The notes under the pieces are model-generated. The model did no database searches, was not told where the DNA came from, and saw only the letters and a program-made list of their open reading frames with translations. From an uncultured virus (IMG/VR IMGVR_UViG_3300035190_000132) (Duplodnaviria > Heunggongvirae > Uroviricota > Caudoviricetes): a stretch of DNA of 64,000 nucleotides. Shown one piece after another: positions 47,142 through 56,313 of the stretch (position 1 is the stretch's first letter; each line of letters opens with the position of its first letter). The stretch lies in IMG/VR virus record IMGVR_UViG_3300035190_000132; one strand, written 5' to 3'. A program made the translations under genes and the position numbers.

Positions 47142-47972
47142 ATGGCTTATCCTGTGGTTTCAAGCCCTTACGGGCTAAAACCGATCAACTTGATCGGAGG
47201 TCAGGTATTTGCGGGTTCTACTCGTGAATACGCAATCATCAACAACTACGCTACGAACATCTTTTATGGTGATCTCGTGGGCTTGGTTCGCGGTAATTTA
47301 GAGCGTCTTTCTGTAAGTACTGGTACGTTGGGTACAGTAGCGGGTGTCTTTTTGGGATGCTCGTATACCAACCCGCTGACCAAACAGAAGACGTTTTCTC
47401 AGTATTATCCAGCAAGTACTGCTGCGGGCGACATTATGGCTATCGTTTGTGACGATCCTGACACTGTGTTCTCTGCTGTTGTTTGCTCGGCTACTACTGT
47501 TATTGCTTCTGGTGCTCGTGCAATGATCGGCCAAAACGTGGCCATGATCAACAACACTGGCAGCACTGCAACTGGTAATTCAAAGAACGCAGTTCTAGCT
47601 CCAAGCGATACGCCTGCAACGACAGATGCTCTGCCTTTGCGTGTGTTGGGTTTGAATCCAGATACCGAAGTTTCTCTTGGTTCCGCCACATTCACAAGCA
47701 TTTCAACTGCCACTATCACTTGTAGCGCAATTCCCTTTGCGTTGCCTGTTGGTACTGATGTAGGCTCATTGGACTCTAACGGCAATTACATTGCTTCAGG
47801 ATCCTTTGTAGATACAGCAGCGGCGGCTGGTGCAACGACTGTGATTTTGAATCAAGCCCCCATCACTGCGTTTGCCGCAAGCTCAACGTTGATCTTTAAT
47901 CAATTCCCAGAAATTCTGGTTAAATTGAATTTTGGTCAGCACGAGTATTACGCAGCAACTGCTACAGCATAA
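47142..47972 (+). CDS. Capsid decoration/cement-like protein
   Basis: PYGLKP, NIFYGD, GVFLGC, DDPD; directly before the MCP. Confidence 0.6.
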   Translation: MAYPVVSSPYGLKPINLIGGQVFAGSTREYAIINNYATNIFYGDLVGLVRGNLERLSVSTGTLGTVAGVFLGCSYTNPLTKQKTFSQYYPASTAAGDIMAIVCDDPDTVFSAVVCSATTVIASGARAMIGQNVAMINNTGSTATGNSKNAVLAPSDTPATTDALPLRVLGLNPDTEVSLGSATFTSISTATITCSAIPFALPVGTDVGSLDSNGNYIASGSFVDTAAAAGATTVILNQAPITAFAASSTLIFNQFPEILVKLNFGQHEYYAATATA

Positions 47973-47983
47973 GGAGCTAGATC

Positions 47984-48892
47984 ATGGCTATTTCACGCGC
48001 ACAACTACTTAAAGAGTTGCTTCCCGGTCTGAACGCTTTGTTCGGTCTGCAATATGCAACATACGATCAAGAGCACAAAGAGATCTACGAAACTGAGACA
48101 TCAGAGCGTAGCTTCGAAGAAGAGACTAAACTCTCTGGCTTCTCTGCCGCACCAGTCAAAAATGAAGGCTCTGCCATCAGCTATGACAATGCACAGGAAG
48201 CATGGACTGCTCGATACAACCACGAAACCATTGCTTTGGGCTTCAGCTTGACTGAAGAGGCTATCGAAGATAACTTGTATGACTCTTTGTCTGCACGTTA
48301 TACGAAAGCTTTGGCCCGCGCTATGGCATACACCAAGCAAGTTAAAGCAGCCGCTGTTTTGAACAACGGTTTCTCTAGCGCTTATGTTGGTGGTGACGGT
48401 GTTGCATTGTTCAGTGCATCACATCCTTTGGTGTCTGGTGGTACTAACAGTAACGTTCCTACTACACCAGCTGACTTGAACGAGACTTCTTTGGAAGCCG
48501 CCGTTATTCAGATCAGCTTGTGGACAGACGAGCGCGGCCTGTTGATCGCAGCTAAACCAAAGAAATTGGTTGTTCCTTCTTCATTGCAATTCGTTGCTAC
48601 CCGCTTGCTCGAAACGGAACTCCGTGTCGGTACAGCTGATAACGACATCAACGCAATTAAGAACAACGGTTCAATTGCTGAAGGTTACTGTGTAAACCAC
48701 TTCTTGACCGATACTAACGCTTGGTTCTTGACCACAGACGTTCCTAACGGCATGAAGCACTTTGTTCGTTCACCCTTGGCTAACTCCATGGACGGCGACT
48801 TCGATACAGGTAACGTTCGTTACAAGTCTCGCGAGCGTTATTCTTTTGGTTGGTCAGATCCATTGGGTATGTTCGGCTCTGCTGGTGCTTAA
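47984..48892 (+). CDS. Major capsid protein
   Basis: MAISRAQLLKELLPGLNALFG, DGVALFSASHP, DFDTGNVRYKSRERYSFG; followed by a terminator. Confidence 0.9.
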   Translation: MAISRAQLLKELLPGLNALFGLQYATYDQEHKEIYETETSERSFEEETKLSGFSAAPVKNEGSAISYDNAQEAWTARYNHETIALGFSLTEEAIEDNLYDSLSARYTKALARAMAYTKQVKAAAVLNNGFSSAYVGGDGVALFSASHPLVSGGTNSNVPTTPADLNETSLEAAVIQISLWTDERGLLIAAKPKKLVVPSSLQFVATRLLETELRVGTADNDINAIKNNGSIAEGYCVNHFLTDTNAWFLTTDVPNGMKHFVRSPLANSMDGDFDTGNVRYKSRERYSFGWSDPLGMFGSAGA

Positions 48893-48904
48893 TCAGCGGT
48901 AAAG

Positions 48905-48931
48905 AAAAAGGGGGCTTCGGCTCCCTTTTTT
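48905..48931 (+). terminator. Rho-independent terminator
   Basis: AAAAAGGGGGC-TTCG-GCTCCCTTTTTT. Confidence 0.85.
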
Positions 48932-48932
48932 G

Positions 48933-48961
48933 TTGCATTGTTTTTATTTGAGTGGTATAAA
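48933..48961 (+). promoter_or_regulatory. Sigma70-type promoter
   Basis: TTGCAT-17 bp-TATAAA with TGn extension. Confidence 0.65.
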
Positions 48962-48970
48962 CATATTAAT

Positions 48971-49039
48971 CCGGGCTTATCCGGTGCATTAGACAGTCCC
49001 GGCTGACGACATACAGACTGATGCACTTAACTTGTATGT
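48971..49039 (+). ncRNA. Candidate pseudoknotted 5' leader RNA
   Basis: Three interleaved complementary pairs ending immediately before the AAGGA RBS. Confidence 0.55.
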
Positions 49040-49050
49040 AAGGAAAAATC

Positions 49051-49572
49051 ATGGCAAATACCACGTTTAACGGCCCAGTTCGTTCTGAAAACGGCTTTCA
49101 AGACATTTCTATTAACGCAACAACTGGCGCAGTTACAGTTGACGCTACGTTTGGTGCTACCACTAGCGTAACCAACCTAACTACTACAAATCTGGTTTTT
49201 ACTGACCAAAACCATCCCTCAACCGCTGCTATTAACGCCACAGCAACAGCCACCGCAGCAGAAGTTGCTACGGGCTACATCACTTCAACTTCTGTTGGAA
49301 CAGTCACCATCACTTTGCCTACAGGCACTTTGCTTGGCGCAGCCTTGGGCGCAACTCGTGGCACTACGCTGGACTTGTACGTTGACAACACCGCTGGCGC
49401 AAACACCGTGACTATCGCTGTTGCAACTAATGGCATCTTGTCTGCCGCTGCAGCCGCTGGTTCTAGTGCTGGTGCTGGCCTGTTGACCGTGCCATCTGGC
49501 GTAACTGGCATTGGTTGCTTCCGCATCATGTTCTCTAGCGCCACTGCATACGTGTTCTCTCGTATCGCTTAA
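49051..49572 (+). CDS. Virion structural protein (Thr/Ala-rich)
   Basis: TTFNGPVRSENGF N-terminus; beta-rich. Confidence 0.7.
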   Translation: MANTTFNGPVRSENGFQDISINATTGAVTVDATFGATTSVTNLTTTNLVFTDQNHPSTAAINATATATAAEVATGYITSTSVGTVTITLPTGTLLGAALGATRGTTLDLYVDNTAGANTVTIAVATNGILSAAAAAGSSAGAGLLTVPSGVTGIGCFRIMFSSATAYVFSRIA

Positions 49573-49580
49573 TCAACCCA

Positions 49581-49601
49581 AGGGGCTTCGGCCCCTTTTT
49601 T
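49581..49601 (+). terminator. Rho-independent terminator
   Basis: AGGGGC-TTCG-GCCCCTTTTTT. Confidence 0.85.
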
Positions 49602-49615
49602 AAAGGAGATTGATT

Positions 49616-49897
49616 ATGATGCAAACAGACGTAAAAGCCGTTCATTTAGAAGCGACTGGCACTGCGGTGCCCTACCGCACCCGAGTGCGGGGCTATCAAT
49701 TCTTGACTGGCGGCACTGCTGGTGACATTATTTTTCGCGACGGTGGTTCTGGCGGCCCCATAACTTTGCAATTTAATATTGCTGTTTCACCAACAAATCC
49801 GCTATCATTTACGGTTCCCGGAGAAGGCGTTTTGTTTAGTACAAATGTCCATATAACTTTGCCTGCCAGCGCAAAAATCACGGTGTTCTATGGCTAA
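49616..49897 (+). CDS. Small structural hypothetical protein
   Basis: AAGGAG RBS; MQTDVKA...PGEGVLF...TVFYG. Confidence 0.7.
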   Translation: MMQTDVKAVHLEATGTAVPYRTRVRGYQFLTGGTAGDIIFRDGGSGGPITLQFNIAVSPTNPLSFTVPGEGVLFSTNVHITLPASAKITVFYG

Positions 49898-50135
49898 GAG
49901 TCCAGCATGGCAGAGGAAAGAGGGAAAGAGTCCGACTGGTGGCTTGAATGCCAAGGGACGCGCCTCCGCCAAAAAGCAAGGTATGAACTTGAAACCTCCC
50001 CAGCCGGAAGGCGGCTCCCGCAAGGACGCTTTCTGTGCGAGGATGGGCGGTATGAAGAAGAAGTTAACCAGCGAAAAGACCGCAAAAGATCCAGATTCAC
50101 GGATCAATAAAGCGTTGAAGAAATGGAAATGCTAG
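49890..50135 (+). CDS. Basic conserved phage protein (DUF6321-like)
   Basis: GGLNAKGRAS, FCARMGG, SRINKALKKWKC. Confidence 0.7.
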   Translation: MAKSPAWQRKEGKSPTGGLNAKGRASAKKQGMNLKPPQPEGGSRKDAFCARMGGMKKKLTSEKTAKDPDSRINKALKKWKC

Positions 50136-50371
50136 ATCTCAATACAGTTTGGTCGGCCACATTAACATTGTTAATGTCAGTTATGGGTTATATCGTGAAT
50201 GAAAAGTTTCGCGAGTTGTCCCGTATTACGATTCTTTTGAACAAAACCCGTGAGGAGGTTGCCCGTGATAACGTTACTCAAGCAGAAGTGGATCGCATTA
50301 CGAACCACATTGACCAACGCTTTAACAAACTTGAAGCAAAAATTGACCAGCTTATTCAAGCGGGGCGATAA
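50123..50371 (+). CDS. Membrane-anchored coiled-coil protein
   Basis: N-terminal TM; LLNKTREEVA. Confidence 0.65.
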   Translation: MEMLDLNTVWSATLTLLMSVMGYIVNEKFRELSRITILLNKTREEVARDNVTQAEVDRITNHIDQRFNKLEAKIDQLIQAGR

Positions 50372-51096
50372 TGCCAAGCAAGAGTAAAGCGCAACACAAT
50401 TTCATGGCGGCGGTGGCTCATAACCCAGCGTTTGCCAAGAAAGCAGGCGTCCCACAGTCTGTGGGTAAAGATTTTAATGAGGCCGATAAAGGCCGTAAAT
50501 TTGCAAGAGGTGGTGACACTATGGCTAAAAAAGATTCTGAATTTGATGATGACGTTGCTACGGTAAAACGCGCTCTGTACAAACAACCCGGCGATGCAAC
50601 GCTTTACAGTCGTGAACGTGGGCTGAAACCCGGTATGGCGCGCCGCCGTCTTGATGAACGTGGCGTTGATGTTCGTGCTCTGGCTGCCAATGAGGCAAAT
50701 CCAGAGGATCTTGGTAACTTTAAAAAAGGTGGCAATGTGAAAAAAATGAATATGGGCGGATATGCAGGTGGCGGTATGCCAATGGTCATGAAAGATGGAC
50801 AAAAAGTTCCAGCTTTTGCGGCTGACGGTAAGGGCAAGATGGCTAAAGGCGGCATGGCTAAAGCAGACATGAAGCAAGACAAGTCAATGATGCAGAAGGC
50901 CGTGAACAAACACGAAGGCCGTTTGCACAAAGGCTCAACCATGACCAAGCTGGCCAGCGGCGGCGCGGCCAAGAAAATGAACATGGGCGGCATGGCTTAT
51001 GCAAAAGGCGGCTATACAAAAGCGGCTGATGGTATTGCTACTAAAGGCAAAACCAAGGGCACTCAAATTGTCATGAAGCGCGGCGGAATGTGTTAA
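50371..51096 (+). CDS. Lys/Gly/Met-rich basic protein with repeated xxxGG motifs
   Basis: FARGG, FKKGG, MAKGG, LASGG, YAKGG, MKRGG. Confidence 0.7.
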   Translation: MPSKSKAQHNFMAAVAHNPAFAKKAGVPQSVGKDFNEADKGRKFARGGDTMAKKDSEFDDDVATVKRALYKQPGDATLYSRERGLKPGMARRRLDERGVDVRALAANEANPEDLGNFKKGGNVKKMNMGGYAGGGMPMVMKDGQKVPAFAADGKGKMAKGGMAKADMKQDKSMMQKAVNKHEGRLHKGSTMTKLASGGAAKKMNMGGMAYAKGGYTKAADGIATKGKTKGTQIVMKRGGMC

Positions 51097-51105
51097 GGAG
51101 CTGAT

Positions 51106-51414
51106 ATGCGTGAAGACCCATACGTATACGGCGGTTCTACCGACATGGAACTTGAGCTTGAAGACAGACTTCGAGAAAAAGCCGGTGCTGGCCGTGGCGG
51201 TCAAGGTGGCCCTACAGCTAAAGAGCTGGCTGACTATGAACGCAAAATGAATCGTGGCATCTTTACTGAAGGTATGAAGCCACCTCAAGATGTTGATGGC
51301 GGTTCAGCTGCTCCTAAAAAGAAAGTTGTTAAGAAAGCCAGTGGCGGTATGACAGCTTCAAAACGTGGTGATGGTATTGCCCAGCGCGGCAAGACTCGCG
51401 GAAAGATGTGCTGA
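51106..51414 (+). CDS. Small protein with xxxGG and DGIAxRGKT motifs
   Basis: KASGG, GDGIAQRGKTRG; AAGGAG RBS. Confidence 0.65.
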   Translation: MREDPYVYGGSTDMELELEDRLREKAGAGRGGQGGPTAKELADYERKMNRGIFTEGMKPPQDVDGGSAAPKKKVVKKASGGMTASKRGDGIAQRGKTRGKMC

Positions 51415-51588
51415 TATGGCAACCGTAAAACCAGCTGCTAAAGTAGTTAAGTCTTTAAAGAAGGCTGGGTTTTACGGCGCCAGCAAACCCAAACGGTTGG
51501 GTATTATTAACAAAGTTACGACTAAACCCCAGCGGATAGAAATGGTTGATAAATTGTTTCTAGCCAAGAAAGCTAAAGGTAATCCTAA

Positions 51589-51837
51589 ATGATGGCAAGC
51601 CGTGGAATGGGCGCTATGCGCGCCTCAAAAATGCCCAAAGGTGTACGCAAAGAGCGTAGGGATGACACTGACTTTACTGAGTACGCTGATGGCGGGCCTG
51701 TTGGCTTGTATGCCAACATTAACGCCAAGAGAAAACGTATTGCAGCTGGCTCTAAAGAGAAGATGCGTAAGCCCGGCTCTAAGGGTGCGCCTACAGCTCA
51801 AGCATTCATTAACTCTGCTAAGACTGCCAAGAAATGA
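51589..51837 (+). CDS. Small basic protein
   Basis: YADGG, GLYANINAKRKRI..GS.EKMRKPG. Confidence 0.65.
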   Translation: MMASRGMGAMRASKMPKGVRKERRDDTDFTEYADGGPVGLYANINAKRKRIAAGSKEKMRKPGSKGAPTAQAFINSAKTAKK

Positions 51838-52763
51838 CCACTACAGGAACCACAGCCTTTAACATGGAGTTCACCGAGCTCGCTGAAGAGGCGTGGGAGA
51901 GAGCTGGCCGTGAGATGCGTACAGGTTATGACCTACGCACAGCGCGCCGTTCTCTTAACCTGATGACGATTGAGTGGGCTAATCGTGGCATCAATATGTG
52001 GACGATTGAGACAGGGACAATTACTCTGACTCCGGGACTGGCTACATACGCTTTGCCTTTAGATACGATTGACTTGCTAGATCATGTGATTAGAACGCAA
52101 GCCAACAACTCATCAACTCAGGCAGATTTGAGTATTACGCGCATTAGCGTTTCTACTTATGCAACAATCCCTAACAAGTTGGTTCAAGGCAGGCCGATCC
52201 AAGTTTGGATTCAGCGTCTTTCTGGTGAAACTAATCCCACTGACATTGTACTTAGTGGCAACATCACATCGACCGACACATCAATCACGCTTAGTTCGGT
52301 GGTTGGACTAGCTGGGTCTGGATACATTCGTTTAGGCACTGAAGATATTTACTACACTTATATCAGTGGTAATGTGCTGGGCGGTGTGTTCCGTGGTCAG
52401 AACAATACAACAGCTGCTGCACAAACAGATGGAGCTGCGGTGTTTGTACCCCAGTTGCCCGCTGTAACGGTGTGGCCTACGCCTGATAACTCACAGCAAT
52501 ACCAGTTTGTGTACTACAGAATGCGCCGCATCCAAGACGCTGGCGCTGGTATACAAACATCCGATATGAATTTCCGCTTCCTACCATGCGTAGTGGCCGG
52601 ACTAGCCTACTACATAGCCATGAAGGTGCCTGAGTTACAAGGCCGTCTGGATATGCTTAAGCGGGTCTATGACGAACAATATACTTTGGCGGCTCAAGAG
52701 GATCGCGAGAAGGCTACATTGAGGTTGGTGCCTCGTATAGCGTTCATTGGTGGTGGTACTTAA
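51834..52763 (+). CDS. Head-tail adaptor / tail tubular-like protein
   Basis: EEAWERAG, ARRSLNL...WANRG.N.W, RFLPCVVAGLAYY. Confidence 0.65.
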   Translation: MTTTGTTAFNMEFTELAEEAWERAGREMRTGYDLRTARRSLNLMTIEWANRGINMWTIETGTITLTPGLATYALPLDTIDLLDHVIRTQANNSSTQADLSITRISVSTYATIPNKLVQGRPIQVWIQRLSGETNPTDIVLSGNITSTDTSITLSSVVGLAGSGYIRLGTEDIYYTYISGNVLGGVFRGQNNTTAAAQTDGAAVFVPQLPAVTVWPTPDNSQQYQFVYYRMRRIQDAGAGIQTSDMNFRFLPCVVAGLAYYIAMKVPELQGRLDMLKRVYDEQYTLAAQEDREKATLRLVPRIAFIGGGT

Positions 52764-53152
52764 TGGCAACACCGTTTGCATCCGGTAAATATGCTATTGC
52801 CGAATGTGATCGGTGTGGGCAGCGTTATAAGTTAAAGCAGTTAAAGATGGAGGTCATCAAGACCAAGCTTTATCAGCTAAAGGTTTGTGAAGCTTGCTGG
52901 GATCCAGATCAGCCGCAGTTGCAGCTGGGTATGTATCCTGTTTATGATCCGCAGGCTTTGTATCAGCCACGGCCAGACACAACGTATGTGACGGCGGGTT
53001 TGAATGCAGCGGGAAATTTAACTGGTGGTTCACGGGACATCCAGTGGGGTTGGAATCCAGTCGGTGGAGCTAGTGGTTTTGATGAATATTTAACACCTAA
53101 CTACTTGGTTGCAACGGCATTTGTTGGTACAGTAACGATAACAGTTTCATAG
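52763..53152 (+). CDS. Zinc-finger hypothetical protein
   Basis: CDRCG...CEAC, DPQAL..PRPD. Confidence 0.7.
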   Translation: MATPFASGKYAIAECDRCGQRYKLKQLKMEVIKTKLYQLKVCEACWDPDQPQLQLGMYPVYDPQALYQPRPDTTYVTAGLNAAGNLTGGSRDIQWGWNPVGGASGFDEYLTPNYLVATAFVGTVTITVS

Positions 53153-53161
53153 GAGCTAAAC

Positions 53162-53350
53162 ATGGCATATACACGATCAGCAGACGGAGTCGCTAAAAAA
53201 GGTAAGACTGATGTTCACATCTTTCCTAACAGCGGCCCTTCTGTCAAAGAAACAAAGGGCGGAACAGGTAAGGGTAAGGGTAAAACCAACTCTGACATGA
53301 AAACCATGGGTCGTAATTTGGCAAAGATTGCCGCACAAAAGCGAGGCTAA
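53162..53350 (+). CDS. Small basic protein
   Basis: AGGAG RBS; ADGVAKKGKT. Confidence 0.6.
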   Translation: MAYTRSADGVAKKGKTDVHIFPNSGPSVKETKGGTGKGKGKTNSDMKTMGRNLAKIAAQKRG

Positions 53351-53351
53351 C

Positions 53352-53615
53352 ATGGCTAAATACAGCAAGATGATGATGGGTAAAGAAGTTGGCGATGCCA
53401 AAGTCTACGCTCCTCCGCACACAATGAAGGGCGAGAAAGTCGCTCCTAAAGAAAATCCCGGCTCTGGTAAAAACTTAAGCCGTGCTGATACAGTAGAGAT
53501 GACTGTTGGTAATATCAACAAATCATCTGGTGGCACACCTAAGACGTCCGGCATTAAGATGCGCGGCACTGGCGCGGCCACTAAAGGTTTAATGTCTCGC
53601 GGCCCAATGGCTTAA
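53352..53615 (+). CDS. Small basic protein
   Basis: KMRGTGAATKG C-terminus. Confidence 0.6.
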   Translation: MAKYSKMMMGKEVGDAKVYAPPHTMKGEKVAPKENPGSGKNLSRADTVEMTVGNINKSSGGTPKTSGIKMRGTGAATKGLMSRGPMA

Positions 53616-53618
53616 ATT

Positions 53619-54470
53619 ATGGCACTAACATACGCCCAACTTGTAGCTGCGGTAACTGATTACACGCAGAACACGTTTGACACGACTACGATCAATACAA
53701 TGATCAAGCAGGCGGAGCAACGCATCTATAACACGGTGCAGATTGCCAACTTGCGTAAGAATGTCACGGGCGTTTTGGCAACCGGCAATAAGTACTTGGC
53801 TTGTCCAGAAGATTTTCTCTCGACATATAGCCTTGCTATCTACCCGTACAATGCAACAACAGCGACTGGTACATCTGCTGCCAAGACGATTGTTGTGGCC
53901 AGCGCTACAGGTATTGCTGTAGGCCAGCAGGTCACGGGTACAAATATTGGCACTAATGCTATTGTTCGTAGCATCAGCGGTACCACAATCACATTAACAG
54001 TGGCTAATAGCGGTACAGTGAATGGCGCGGTTGTGTTTCAAGGTGACTATCTGTACCTTTTGAATAAAGATGTGAACTTTATGCGCGAGGCATATCCACT
54101 AAGCGCACAGGTTTCAGAGCCCCGTCACTATGCTATCTTTGGCCCCCAGTCTGCCAACGTCAATGAGCTGTCGTTCATTCTTGGCCCTACGCCTAATGCC
54201 AATTACTACGCAGAGCTGCATTACTATTACTACCCAGAGTCTATTGTTACCGCGCTGACCACATGGCTGGGTGATAACTTTGACTCTGCACTGCTGTATG
54301 GAACTCTGTCTGAGGCCGGTACATACATGAAGAGCTCGCCCGAAGATGGGATGTATAAGCTGTATCAGGAACGTTATGTTCAAGCTATGGCGCTTCTCAA
54401 GAACTTGGGTGATGGTAAACAAAGGGCTGACGCATACCGCGATGGCCAAGTTAGGGTTGCAGTCTCATGA
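53619..54470 (+). CDS. Tail tubular/adaptor-like protein
   Basis: TYAQL, QAEQRI, GPTPNANY, LLYGTL.EA. Confidence 0.65.
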   Translation: MALTYAQLVAAVTDYTQNTFDTTTINTMIKQAEQRIYNTVQIANLRKNVTGVLATGNKYLACPEDFLSTYSLAIYPYNATTATGTSAAKTIVVASATGIAVGQQVTGTNIGTNAIVRSISGTTITLTVANSGTVNGAVVFQGDYLYLLNKDVNFMREAYPLSAQVSEPRHYAIFGPQSANVNELSFILGPTPNANYYAELHYYYYPESIVTALTTWLGDNFDSALLYGTLSEAGTYMKSSPEDGMYKLYQERYVQAMALLKNLGDGKQRADAYRDGQVRVAVS

Positions 54471-54892
54471 GTATTGTTCAGACCCAGACCACAAGCTTCA
54501 AGGCAGAGCTGTACCAAGGTATTCACGACCTTACTACAGACGTTATCAAGATTGCCCTGTATACAGCTTCTGCCGACTTGAATGAGAATACAACTGTGTA
54601 TTCCGTGAGCACGCCCGGGCAGATTGCTAATACAGGCACTTACGTTGCTGGCGGTGCAACATTAACACCTATTACGGTATCGTCTTCTGGATACACGGCT
54701 TATGTGGGCTTCCCAAATGTATCGTGGACTGGGGCTATCACGGCTAGATGCGCTTTGATCTATAACTCAAGCAAAGGTAATAAGTCCGTTGCTGTGTTGG
54801 ACTTTGGGTCTGATAAAACGTCAACGACAACTTTCACTATCACAATGCCAGTAAATGGCCCAACCACTTCGTTAATTCGTAGTTCTAATTAA
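54467..54892 (+). CDS. Tail structural protein
   Basis: SFKAEL, KIALYT, YVAGG, VLDFGSDK. Confidence 0.65.
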   Translation: MSIVQTQTTSFKAELYQGIHDLTTDVIKIALYTASADLNENTTVYSVSTPGQIANTGTYVAGGATLTPITVSSSGYTAYVGFPNVSWTGAITARCALIYNSSKGNKSVAVLDFGSDKTSTTTFTITMPVNGPTTSLIRSSN

Positions 54893-54902
54893 GGAGCCTC
54901 AC

Positions 54903-55466
54903 ATGAGCTTGGACAAAATCACCGCTACCGATCAAGTAGCAGCAATCACAAAATACAACACCATGCCTACTGATGAGATGGCTATTCATGGTACATACCA
55001 TGCTATTTGCTACAGCATTGATGGCTTTGTTAAATGGGACGAACCCATCCAGAACTTGGTAACGACTGTTGGTAAGAACTTGACCTTAGATACTATCCTT
55101 GGTAACTCAGCCGCTGGCGCAGTTGTGATGGGTCTAAAGGGTGTGGGTTCGGCTAACGTAGCTGACACACAAGCTTCCCACGCAGGCTGGTTAGAAGTGG
55201 GTGGTACTAACGCCCCTGCTTACTCTGGTAATCGTCCTACACCTTCTTTTAGCGCGGCTTCTGCTTCGAGTAAAGCTACGTCTTCTGCTGTGTCATTTGC
55301 TATGACTAGCACGGGTACTGTGGCTGGTTGCTTTATTAACATTGGCGGTAGCGCAACTAAAGATTCAACCACTGGCACATTGTTCTCTGCGGGTGATTTC
55401 TCTAGTTCTAAGGCTGTTGTTAACGGTGACACGATTGCGGTAACGTACACATTAACATTGACTTGA
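54903..55466 (+). CDS. Tail structural protein
   Basis: NLVTTVGKN, GDTIAVTY; beta-rich. Confidence 0.6.
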   Translation: MSLDKITATDQVAAITKYNTMPTDEMAIHGTYHAICYSIDGFVKWDEPIQNLVTTVGKNLTLDTILGNSAAGAVVMGLKGVGSANVADTQASHAGWLEVGGTNAPAYSGNRPTPSFSAASASSKATSSAVSFAMTSTGTVAGCFINIGGSATKDSTTGTLFSAGDFSSSKAVVNGDTIAVTYTLTLT

Positions 55467-55467
55467 T

Positions 55468-56304
55468 ATGGCGTTAGCTTGGGGTGACGGCGCATGGGGT
55501 GATAACGCATGGGGCGGGGGAGAGACTTTCCCTGTCAGCGTTACTGAAACCGCCCTTATTGCCGACTCTCAAGCCGCTGGGTTATTGATTGATGTAAGTA
55601 TTACGGAGTCGTTGACCGGCGGGACGGCTTGGGGTCAAGATGCTTGGGGTTCTGATTCGTGGGGTGGTACAGCGGGCATTCAGGATATTCAGACTGTAGC
55701 TCTGACTGTGAATGTAGCGGTGGATGAATCTGCCGCTATTACTGAAGCGCAGTCTGTTGTTGCTGGGTTTGTGGGTTCTGTTACTGAGACAATGGCTATT
55801 GCTGAGGATAATGCAGCAATTACAAGTTATAACGTCAGTGTGGCAGATAGCCAGACCATTACGGATGATGAGGCGGCGCAGACAAGCTATAACGAGAGTG
55901 TGTCAGATTCGTTAGGAATTGTGGATGTAGAGACGGCAGTTGCTACATTCTTAGGTGATATATCAGAGTCGATTGCAATAGCAGAAGCGCAGGTGGCTGT
56001 GCTGATTGTGACCATCGTAGAGTCGATGGCTATTGCAGAAGGAACGACTGTAGGAACGTATTACCAAGAGTTTTTAGATGAATCTGTTGCAATCACGGAT
56101 ATAAATACTGGTGGTGCAAACTACCAATTGAGCCGGACGGAAACGATGGCAATAACGGAAATAAACGGTGGGCGATATTTTTGGGAAATTATTGATGACA
56201 CAGAGGTCGCAAACTGGCAAAATATCAGCAATCCGCAAACACCGGGCTGGGCTGCTGTTGATACAACGGAATCTCCCGGTTGGACAGTAATTTCTACTCA
56301 GTAG
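55468..56304 (+). CDS. Acidic repeat-rich structural protein
   Basis: WGxxAWG repeats and V.ES.AI.E periodicity. Confidence 0.6.
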   Translation: MALAWGDGAWGDNAWGGGETFPVSVTETALIADSQAAGLLIDVSITESLTGGTAWGQDAWGSDSWGGTAGIQDIQTVALTVNVAVDESAAITEAQSVVAGFVGSVTETMAIAEDNAAITSYNVSVADSQTITDDEAAQTSYNESVSDSLGIVDVETAVATFLGDISESIAIAEAQVAVLIVTIVESMAIAEGTTVGTYYQEFLDESVAITDINTGGANYQLSRTETMAITEINGGRYFWEIIDDTEVANWQNISNPQTPGWAAVDTTESPGWTVISTQ

Positions 56305-56313
56305 GAGAATTAA

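Noticed and set aside
49003..49047. Hammerhead ribozyme (CTGACGA ... GAAA)
   Set aside because: GAAA does not directly follow the candidate stem II and no stem III with a cleavage triplet could be built.
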